From: an uncultured Hyphomicrobiales bacterium | GTDB lineage: Bacteria; Pseudomonadota; Alphaproteobacteria; Rhizobiales; JACESI01 | Direction of reading: 5' to 3' | Assembly: GCA_964553335.1 (NCBI GenBank) | Contig: CAZKKW010000004.1 | Coordinates: 14,842-56,385, forward strand | Length of the DNA stretch: 41,544 nucleotides | Part shown: positions 19,477 to 28,081 of the stretch, in pieces | How the letters are laid out: every line of letters begins with the position of its first letter | Numbering within the stretch: the first letter of the stretch is position 1 | Position numbers and translations under genes: made by a program | Notes under the pieces: generated by a model | The model's input: the letters and a program-made list of their open reading frames with translations, nothing else | Told to the model about the DNA's origin: nothing | The model's database searches: none

Positions 19477-19893
19477 CTAGCGTTGCCGATCTGTTTGTGT
19501 ACTTTGCGCCCACGTAAACCAAAAGTTGTTCAAACTTTCTGCTAGTGACCTATATTCAGCGGGCGATTGCGGCTTAACGATATAGGCATTTGCGCCTAGC
19601 TTTTGACTGTTTATGACGTCTTTTCTGGCGTCCGACCCTGAACAAACCAAAACGGGTATGGTGGCATAAGTCGAATTACCGCGTATTTCGCGCAGAACAT
19701 CATACCCACTGATACCTGGCATAACCAGATCAAGTATGATTAAATTTGGTGACCATTCGTTCAATATTTGGAGCGCTTTAGTCCCGTCGGACGCTCGAAT
19801 GACCTCTATTTCTGGATGGCATTTCGTAAGTGCCTTTTGTAGAAAGTCAGCATCTGTATCATCATCTTCTACAAGTAAAATACCAATACTCAT
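19477..19893 (-). CDS. Single-domain response regulator, Rcp1/RcpA-like
   Basis: LLVEDD, ILDLVMP, GANAYIVKP, C-terminal NFWF; ATGA overlap with the kinase. Confidence 0.9.
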   Translation of the reverse strand: MSIGILLVEDDDTDADFLQKALTKCHPEIEVIRASDGTKALQILNEWSPNLIILDLVMPGISGYDVLREIRGNSTYATIPVLVCSGSDARKDVINSQKLGANAYIVKPQSPAEYRSLAESLNNFWFTWAQSTQTDRQR

Positions 19894-21905
19894 GCTTCTG
19901 GAACTTCATCATTTGGCATTACTTTTGGCAAATTGAAATGGATGCTGGTTCCTTCTGAATAATCCGTATCAACCCAAATTCTACCACCGTGAGACTGAAT
20001 AATGCGTTGGCAAATTGCGAGCCCGACACCCTCTCCTTGTTGATGTAGGCCATCAGGTAGCCGTTGAAACATGCGAAAAACATTTGTTGCTTGGTCTTTC
20101 GGAATACCTATACCGTTGTCATTGAATTGAAAACTAATCATCATTTCTCCTTCTTGATACTTCAGATCAAACATGGGTGTTTTATCCGATCTATATTTGA
20201 TTGAATTTTCAATGAGATTGGTGAAAAGCTGAATGATCAAACTCTCATCCCCCTTTACCGACGGTAAGCCGCCGACGGGGAAGAAGGCGTTTGAGATATC
20301 GAATTTATCTTTGAGCTCCGCTTTTACTGTATGAAGCACCTTGTTAATCGAGACAGTTTTAAAAATAAGGCTATGGCGCCCAACACTTGCAAACTCGGTC
20401 AGGGTCCGCACCATGTTTTGTGCTTGTTGGGCTGATTCTATAATTTTAAGTGCGGTTTGTGTTGTTTGGTTGGGGTCATCAATATCTTCCAAGAGCAATT
20501 CAGCAAACAAATTCATATGCCGTATTGGGCGTTTGAGGTCATGAGCGACGATTGAGTTAAACTGATTTAGAATATCGTTTGTTTGTCGCAATTCAGCATT
20601 GGTTTCTTGAAGTTGGATTTCGGTGGATTTAATTTGATGGATTGAGATGAAAGAGATGGTGACGCCATCTTTGCCCGTTGGTACAGCGGAGACACGATGC
20701 CATCCATTAAGATGAGTTTCTTGCAAATAAGTTTCAAAAATAATCGGTTCACCAGTTTCTGCTACCCGCTTATATTTGTCGAAAATTCCTTGCTCTATTC
20801 GTTGTGGGAAATCGCCACGGATTGTTTTGCCAATTAGTGCTTCTGGTGTGCGGTTTAGTATTTTTCCAACAGTTGGATTGGCCGCAACAAATCGAAAATC
20901 AAAGATTTCTCCCATGGCGTCATAAATTGCCTGCATACTTAAAATGCCCGCTTCAGAAGAATCGAAAATAGCTTGGTTCAAGTCGGCCAGTTTCTTGAGG
21001 TGTTCCTCGTTATGTCGCTTTTCCGTGATGTCCATGCAAATTGCTATGAATATTTCATCATCACCCACATGATCTCTCTCTAAGCGAACATCGACTGGAT
21101 ATATTTCACCATTCTTTCGTTTGTGAAGTGAGCTAAAATGTTGTTGGGCTATCTCATTTGAACGCAGGGGGATTAAGAGCTTTTCTAATTCGTTCTTACC
21201 CATATCCACCTTAACGTCGAGAGGGCACATTTGCAGCATTTCTTCTTTGGTATATCCTAAATTATCGCAAGTTCGTTTGTTGACATACCGGTATTTCATT
21301 GTTGCGCCGTCTAGCACATAAAACTCGTTGCCTGACCGTTCAATCATACTGCCCAAATGAGCTGTTTGGTCTTCTGCGTCATGCAGCCTTTTCGACGTCT
21401 TCGTATATTCCATTGTTTGAGCGCGTAAGCTGTAATTTTCAAGCGTTGCAAGACAAACTCGGCCAAGATTAGCAAGGTTTTCTCGATCGCTGTCTGAAAA
21501 CTCTCTAGGTTTGGAATCAATGATACACAAGGCGCCGAGCTCGAGACCATTTTGCAAGATCAGTGGGAAACCTGCGTAGAATACGATGTTCGTTTCCCCA
21601 ACCATGGTTGGACGCGTTTTAAAAAATGTGTCTTTCGTTGCGTCTTCTACAACAAGAATTTCTTTATTTTTAAGGGCTACGCCACAAAACGAATCTTCTG
21701 CTGGTATGTGGACGAAGTTTGTGTCTTTAAGCGATGTAAATATCGGCTGATGTTTGCCAACTATGGTTACGACGGATTCAGGCACGTTGAAAATTGAACG
21801 AGCAAGCGTGGTAATATGATTCAGAGTTGGATCTTTTTCCGTCGTCGGCCATTCTAGATTTTGCTGTTCGGTTTTGTCAGGCTCATTTTTGACGTTTACG
21901 TTCAT
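19890..21905 (-). CDS. Cytoplasmic GAF-PAS-PAS sensor histidine kinase
   Basis: GAF (SFC..FYAGFPL..G.LC..D.KPR), two PAS domains, H-box AHDLKRP, N-box NLIENSIKY, DNGIGIP, GEGVGLAIC; no transmembrane segment. ATG 21905 has a GAGG ribosome-binding site. Confidence 0.92.
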   Translation of the reverse strand: MNVNVKNEPDKTEQQNLEWPTTEKDPTLNHITTLARSIFNVPESVVTIVGKHQPIFTSLKDTNFVHIPAEDSFCGVALKNKEILVVEDATKDTFFKTRPTMVGETNIVFYAGFPLILQNGLELGALCIIDSKPREFSDSDRENLANLGRVCLATLENYSLRAQTMEYTKTSKRLHDAEDQTAHLGSMIERSGNEFYVLDGATMKYRYVNKRTCDNLGYTKEEMLQMCPLDVKVDMGKNELEKLLIPLRSNEIAQQHFSSLHKRKNGEIYPVDVRLERDHVGDDEIFIAICMDITEKRHNEEHLKKLADLNQAIFDSSEAGILSMQAIYDAMGEIFDFRFVAANPTVGKILNRTPEALIGKTIRGDFPQRIEQGIFDKYKRVAETGEPIIFETYLQETHLNGWHRVSAVPTGKDGVTISFISIHQIKSTEIQLQETNAELRQTNDILNQFNSIVAHDLKRPIRHMNLFAELLLEDIDDPNQTTQTALKIIESAQQAQNMVRTLTEFASVGRHSLIFKTVSINKVLHTVKAELKDKFDISNAFFPVGGLPSVKGDESLIIQLFTNLIENSIKYRSDKTPMFDLKYQEGEMMISFQFNDNGIGIPKDQATNVFRMFQRLPDGLHQQGEGVGLAICQRIIQSHGGRIWVDTDYSEGTSIHFNLPKVMPNDEVPEA

Positions 21906-22016
21906 AAGATTTAGCCTCTGTCTCAAGATGGACTCGATTTTAGTTAAAACTTCACTGTATGTGGAATTTATACTTTCATCATCCGCAGTTTATGTCGGCT
22001 ACACGTTATATTGCAA

Positions 22017-22044
22017 TTGACATTAGTAATACTAATTATATGAG
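22017..22044 (+). promoter_or_regulatory. Candidate sigma70 promoter overlapped by a 7-1-7 palindrome
   Basis: TTGACA at 22017-22022; ATTAGTA-A-TACTAAT at 22022-22036; weak -10 TATGAG. Confidence 0.45.
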
Positions 22045-22063
22045 TAGTATAGGGGAGCACTAT

Positions 22064-22984
22064 ATGTTGCAAAATAAAGATCCGCGCGAACTCAATGTCC
22101 TCATATTGGATGATGATGAGGCTGACGTGCTTTTGTTAGAGCGTCAACTTGCAAAAGTTGAAGATTACGACTTCAACACTTTTTCTGCCAAAAATGGCAA
22201 TGAAGCTATTGCGATTTGTGGTTATGAAGACGTCGATATGGTGTTTTCAGATTTTGCATTGGCCGAAGGCAGTTGTGTGGATTTCTTGAGAGACCTGCGT
22301 CACCTTAAAGCGTCCGTGCCGATCGTTCTGGTATCAGGCATGCCTGGTCGATTTGTTCGCAGTCTAGGATTTCCTGCTGGTGCCAAAGCTTTTGTATCAA
22401 AGGATGATCTTTCACCAACCTTGATTGAAGCTGCGATAGATACAGCTGAACATGCATTGATGATCGAACAACAGCTCAGTCAACTTGTGCACAGTGTGCA
22501 AACAGCTTCGGTTGTTCGTGAAGATCGACTTTTTGATCTGTGTTCGGTCGTGAATGAATTTGTGAATACACTCGATAGTGACGTGAACGCTGTGCCAGCT
22601 TCATTGCGTCAAGACATGAATGACTTGAAAGAGTTGGTGGGTGAGTATACGCGACCAACCCGCGATACCACACCAAGCATTGCCTCTTCATCCTTTCAAG
22701 GGTCTCAGATGGAAGAACAGGCATTGGTTGGCGTGTTCAAAACTATGAGCCATTATTTTTTCGTCGATGAGGAGGACGGTGAGCCTTCAATCTCGACGCG
22801 ACATGATGAAAATTTGCTCATTATTGACGTTGTCTTGCCAGATAATATAACCGCCTCATCCCATAGTGAAGGGGTGAATACACTTGCTGATACGGCTCAA
22901 AAATTGGGTGGACGTCTGGAAATAAACAAAGACCTGTCTGGAACGATCTTTACGATTGAATTACCGGCTCAAAACGCTGAGTAA
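22064..22984 (+). CDS. Response regulator: receiver domain plus degenerate histidine-kinase-like C-terminus
   Basis: LILDDD..VFSD..VSG..SK receiver motifs; tail LGGRLEI..GTIFTIELP resembles the end of HATPase_c; GGGGAG ribosome-binding site before ATG 22064. Confidence 0.75.
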   Translation: MLQNKDPRELNVLILDDDEADVLLLERQLAKVEDYDFNTFSAKNGNEAIAICGYEDVDMVFSDFALAEGSCVDFLRDLRHLKASVPIVLVSGMPGRFVRSLGFPAGAKAFVSKDDLSPTLIEAAIDTAEHALMIEQQLSQLVHSVQTASVVREDRLFDLCSVVNEFVNTLDSDVNAVPASLRQDMNDLKELVGEYTRPTRDTTPSIASSSFQGSQMEEQALVGVFKTMSHYFFVDEEDGEPSISTRHDENLLIIDVVLPDNITASSHSEGVNTLADTAQKLGGRLEINKDLSGTIFTIELPAQNAE

Positions 22985-23028
22985 GCTGGTTTTAAGCCGG
23001 TACTATTCAACAATTTGATCTTTGGCCT

Positions 23029-23760
23029 CTAGCCATTAGCGAAATATTGGCCGCCATTTGCTGTTAGGACAGAGCCAGTAATAAAGCCAGAATCATCCGA
23101 CGCTAGAAAAACGACGCAGCGGGCAATTTCTTCAGGTTCACCCAAACGGCCAACTGGAATGTGCGGCAGAATTTTCTCATTCAACACTTTCTCAGGAATA
23201 GCCTTCACCATCTCAGTGCCGATGTAACCGGGACAGATAACATTTGCGGTGATGCCTTTTGAAGCACCTTCTTGGGCGAGTGATTTCATCAGGCCGATGT
23301 CACCCGCTTTAGACGCTGCATAATTTGCCTGACCTGCTTGTCCTTTTTGTCCATTGATTGATGAAATGGTGATCACACGGCCAAAACCGCGTTCTCGCAT
23401 GCCGGGCCAAATTGGGTGGGTCATGTTGAACACGCCGTTGAGGTTTGTTGATAAAACCTCTTGCCACTGTTCTGGTGTCATCCGGTGAAACATGGAGTCC
23501 CGCGTAATGCCAGCGTTGTTGACGAGCACATCAATTGGACCAAGGTCTGCTTCTACGCTGGCAATGCCTTCTTTGCAGGCATCGTAGGATCCCACATCCC
23601 ATTTATATGTTTTGATGCCGGTTTCAGCGGTAAAGGCTGCCGCCTTTTCCTCGTTGCCCGCATAACTGGCCGCAACTGCATAGCCTGCTTCTTTCAAAGC
23701 AATCGCAATGGCTGCACCTATTCCGCGAGAACCGCCTGTTACTAACGCTACTTTTGTCAT
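23029..23760 (-). CDS. phaB: Acetoacetyl-CoA reductase
   Basis: TGGSRGIG, NNAGITRD, SSINGQKGQAGQANYAASKAG; downstream of the thiolase. Confidence 0.95.
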   Translation of the reverse strand: MTKVALVTGGSRGIGAAIAIALKEAGYAVAASYAGNEEKAAAFTAETGIKTYKWDVGSYDACKEGIASVEADLGPIDVLVNNAGITRDSMFHRMTPEQWQEVLSTNLNGVFNMTHPIWPGMRERGFGRVITISSINGQKGQAGQANYAASKAGDIGLMKSLAQEGASKGITANVICPGYIGTEMVKAIPEKVLNEKILPHIPVGRLGEPEEIARCVVFLASDDSGFITGSVLTANGGQYFANG

Positions 23761-23797
23761 GTTAAGTCCTTAAAATATTGGGAGGTTTAATTTCAAT

Positions 23798-24988
<1,191 letters not shown>

Positions 24989-25021
24989 TCAGGATGTAAA
25001 TTTAATTGACTAAAACCAAAT

Positions 25022-25036
25022 TGCTGCAATGCAGCA
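25022..25036. promoter_or_regulatory. PhaR-type operator
   Basis: Perfect palindrome TGCTGCA-A-TGCAGCA (CTGC-N3-GCAG core) between divergent phaA and phaR. Confidence 0.7.
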
Positions 25037-25214
25037 TTTTTAGGGTCATACTATAGTTAACGTTAAAAAGTAAACGTTGGAAACGGCTTATTGGCCATAT
25101 TTGCAAAAAACATTTGTGATCAAGGTAATTTCATCAAGTTTTGAGCTTATCTCATTGTGCTCTGCGACAACACAGTTATGGTAGAGACAGGAACAGTCGT
25201 GCTTGGAGGGCAAA

Positions 25215-25793
25215 GTGGCCAAATCAGAAGATAGTATCGTTATCAAGAAATATGCGAACCGGCGATTATATAACACTGGCACAAGCACTTATGTGACCCT
25301 CGAAGACCTCGCCGTCATGGTGAAATCCGAGGAAGATTTTATCGTGGTTGATGCAAAAAGCGGCGAAGATATTACACGCTCTGTGCTCACTCAAATTATC
25401 TTTGAGCAGGAAGCAAAAGGTCAAAACCTACTGCCTGTGACTTTTCTTCGCAATCTTATTCAATTTTACGGAGACAGCGTCCAATCGATCGTTCCAAGTT
25501 ATCTTGAACATTCAATGGATTCCTTTCGTGAACAGCGGGAATCCTTCCAAGAGCAAATGGGGGCAGGCTTTGATCCATCAAATGCTATGGACATGATGGC
25601 AGAGCAAACCCGCAAGAACACAGAGATTTTCCAAAACGCAATGCGCATGTTTATGCCGTTTGCTTCAGGCGAGGCGGGCGAACCTACACCGCCAATTGAT
25701 CCAGAAAAATCAAAAGATTCTGATGAACTGGAAGCGATGAAGGCACAACTTGCTGAAATGCAGGCGACAATTAAGTCGATGTCTGAGAAGTAA
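25215..25793 (+). CDS. phaR: Polyhydroxyalkanoate synthesis repressor PhaR (AniA)
   Basis: IKKYANRRLYNT.TS.YVTL, DAKSGEDITRSVLTQII.EQE; GGAGG then GTG at 25215. Confidence 0.95.
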   Translation: MAKSEDSIVIKKYANRRLYNTGTSTYVTLEDLAVMVKSEEDFIVVDAKSGEDITRSVLTQIIFEQEAKGQNLLPVTFLRNLIQFYGDSVQSIVPSYLEHSMDSFREQRESFQEQMGAGFDPSNAMDMMAEQTRKNTEIFQNAMRMFMPFASGEAGEPTPPIDPEKSKDSDELEAMKAQLAEMQATIKSMSEK

Positions 25794-25920
25794 TTTACGA
25801 GAAACTGACAAGTAATTGATCGGGCCGCCCTTAATTGGCCCACCCTTTGCTCCTACCTAAGTGGGACGCTGCGAAACTGGGGATTTTTGTTTCGCTTTGA
25901 CGCAAAGGTAGCTTTGAACG

Positions 25921-26235
25921 ATGAAAATTGTATCAAAACGGCACAACCAATATGAAACGAAACGGGTTCTGCCTGTTGAGTTCACTAAAAAAGCGGCGAA
26001 TGATGAGCGTTCTTTTGAAAAGCCCCCGCAATCGACCCGCCTCCACAAACCGATAAATCATTTTGCAGGTCAAAGTGCAATTTTGGCGCAAATCATCGTC
26101 TCTCGCGAAGATGAGACTGTGATCAATGGGTTTAATGCTGCACAAACACTTGCGGCAAACAGCGGCTATGGCGAAGCGTTAGACCGCAAGCAGGTACGGA
26201 TGAAAACAGGAAGTTATTTGGCTGATGTTGCCTAA
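25921..26235 (+). CDS. Hypothetical protein (104 aa)
   Basis: ATG-initiated ORF filling the gap between phaR and the coiled-coil gene; no family recognised. Confidence 0.55.
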   Translation: MKIVSKRHNQYETKRVLPVEFTKKAANDERSFEKPPQSTRLHKPINHFAGQSAILAQIIVSREDETVINGFNAAQTLAANSGYGEALDRKQVRMKTGSYLADVA

Positions 26236-26308
26236 TAAAATATTGTTTTTATCAGGCAACTCAGTGTTTGTTTTTGAATAGATAATATTACAGAGCTATT
26301 ATTTTTAT

Positions 26309-27670
26309 TTAATGACGTGCAGCAATGGCTTCTTCATCATTTGAAATTTTATTCGGAACCGTTAACAGGTCGATATTTACCTGGTTACTATTAACATCGG
26401 GCATGGAAACACGATACTCATTGATCAATTTTTTCAGCTGCTCATTCTGCTCGATCGCCTGTTCGTATCTTATTTTGGTGCCTTCTGCTTTTTTCGATTC
26501 TTCGTTTAATTTCTCGATGCGCGAAGTGAGATCGTGATTTTTATCTTGCTCTTGCTGTAATTCGAAAATGTTAGCATCATATTTCAGATTTAATTCCTGA
26601 AGCTTTGTATTGATTTCCTCAATTTCTTCACTGTAACGATCCTTTTGTATACGCATCTTTTCCAGATCATTTTCGGTTGTTTCAATGTGGCGAAAGCTTC
26701 TGATTTCCTTTTCTTTCAACGCTTTTACCTCTTTGATCTGTTCCTTGTGAGAAGTTTGGGAAAGTCTCAGTTGTGATCTGATATTCTCAATTTCTGTTTT
26801 CAAGGAAAACGTCATGTTGTGGTGTTTGCGTTTTGTAAGTTCGGCTTGCCGCTTTAAGTTGTCAATCTCATCTGTCGATGTGCCAATGAATGCTTCTAAT
26901 TTTGCGAAATCTTCCTTCAAGGCAATATACTTGGTATTGACGGCAGATACCTCTTGCGTCAAGGCATTGTTGTGCTCATTAAGAGTTTCAATGGTCTTGT
27001 CTTTTTCGCTGATTTCCGCATCTAGTTGGATCATTCGTTTGGATAATCCATCCAGTTCAAAACTGTAGCCATTCTTTTGATTGATGGCCACCTCTAGTTT
27101 GGTTTCTAAATCGGCACACTCATTTTCTTTTTGAAAAAGCTTATTTTTTTGGTTTTCATTTTCAGCAAGAGTGTCTTTGAAGAGATCTGCAGCTCTTTTA
27201 CTGCTTGTTTTAATGTTGAAAATGATTTCACGTGCTTCAGTAAGCGCTTCTTTGTTCGCTTGCTCCGAATTTGTAACAGTGGCAAGTTCAATTGAAAGTT
27301 CTTCTAATTCACTTGTTGCACGGCGTTTTTCATCTTCAATCTGCCGCATTTCAATGGCCGCAACTTGCATTTCCTTTTCCAACCTCAACTTGGACAGAAG
27401 TGTCGTTTTTGCTAGCGCACTTAGGTGCTCAATAGCAGAATGGTTTTTGGAAATTTCTGCAGTTTGTTCGGAAATGTGGTTGACTACGTCACCAACCTTG
27501 CGCGCCCGGTATATATCTTTTTCTAATTTCATCATTTCGTCGTTTCGAGAGAAATCCTCGATAAAATCGGTGGTTTCTTCCGATGGTTCATTCGACAATG
27601 AAAGATCTGGTTTTGTTTGATTTAGGGGGAAATTTTTAGGTTCATTTGCACTCGAAAAAATACTAAACAT
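26309..27670 (-). CDS. Long coiled-coil protein, crescentin/intermediate-filament-like
   Basis: About 453 aa from ATG 27670 (MFSIFSS): Pro-containing head, Pro-free E/K/L-rich heptad rod of about 390 aa, short tail, no transmembrane segment or ATPase motif. Confidence 0.7.
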   Translation of the reverse strand: MFSIFSSANEPKNFPLNQTKPDLSLSNEPSEETTDFIEDFSRNDEMMKLEKDIYRARKVGDVVNHISEQTAEISKNHSAIEHLSALAKTTLLSKLRLEKEMQVAAIEMRQIEDEKRRATSELEELSIELATVTNSEQANKEALTEAREIIFNIKTSSKRAADLFKDTLAENENQKNKLFQKENECADLETKLEVAINQKNGYSFELDGLSKRMIQLDAEISEKDKTIETLNEHNNALTQEVSAVNTKYIALKEDFAKLEAFIGTSTDEIDNLKRQAELTKRKHHNMTFSLKTEIENIRSQLRLSQTSHKEQIKEVKALKEKEIRSFRHIETTENDLEKMRIQKDRYSEEIEEINTKLQELNLKYDANIFELQQEQDKNHDLTSRIEKLNEESKKAEGTKIRYEQAIEQNEQLKKLINEYRVSMPDVNSNQVNIDLLTVPNKISNDEEAIAARH

Positions 27671-28081
27671 TATACGCCTATAAAAATACAATTAATTTAT
27701 GAGGCGAGTTTTTATTGAATTAAATTATGAATGTAAACCTATAATCTCAAATGAGGTGGATGATTTACGTGTATTTGATCGTGAAATGAAGTTAATTGAA
27801 TTTGTATGCCATTGAATTATTTAAGCTTATTTTTCAAAATAATATTATGCACAGTTAGTCCACATTTATACGATAAATTTTTTTCGGTTATATTTATATC
27901 AATTTAAGGTTGATATTGTTTTTACTTCAACTTTTAGTTGCTCTCTGCTGTGACGGTTTTTTGACTTATTCATAAATGGGTTTCTAAGTTGGAAGGAGTA
28001 CGTCCAAATAAACGCCTCAATGCCCCGCCTTCAACCAGTATCTTCTAATTTTTGACAGTAAATTGCCGATTTATTGCTGAC

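Noticed and set aside
19890-21905. Bacteriophytochrome call for the GAF kinase
   Set aside because: No N-terminal PAS-GAF-PHY arrangement and no DIP motif
26309-27670. SMC/SbcC or chemoreceptor call for the coiled-coil protein
   Set aside because: No Walker A/B motifs, hinge, transmembrane helices or MCP signalling hairpin
27796-27811. Possible sigma-54 promoter TGGCAT-acaaa-TTCA on the minus strand
   Set aside because: The -12 GC dinucleotide is missing
27692-28081. Possible replication origin (AT-rich, DnaA-like boxes)
   Set aside because: Only one consensus box and none of the usual origin-flanking genes (hemE, dnaA, parAB, repABC) in the window
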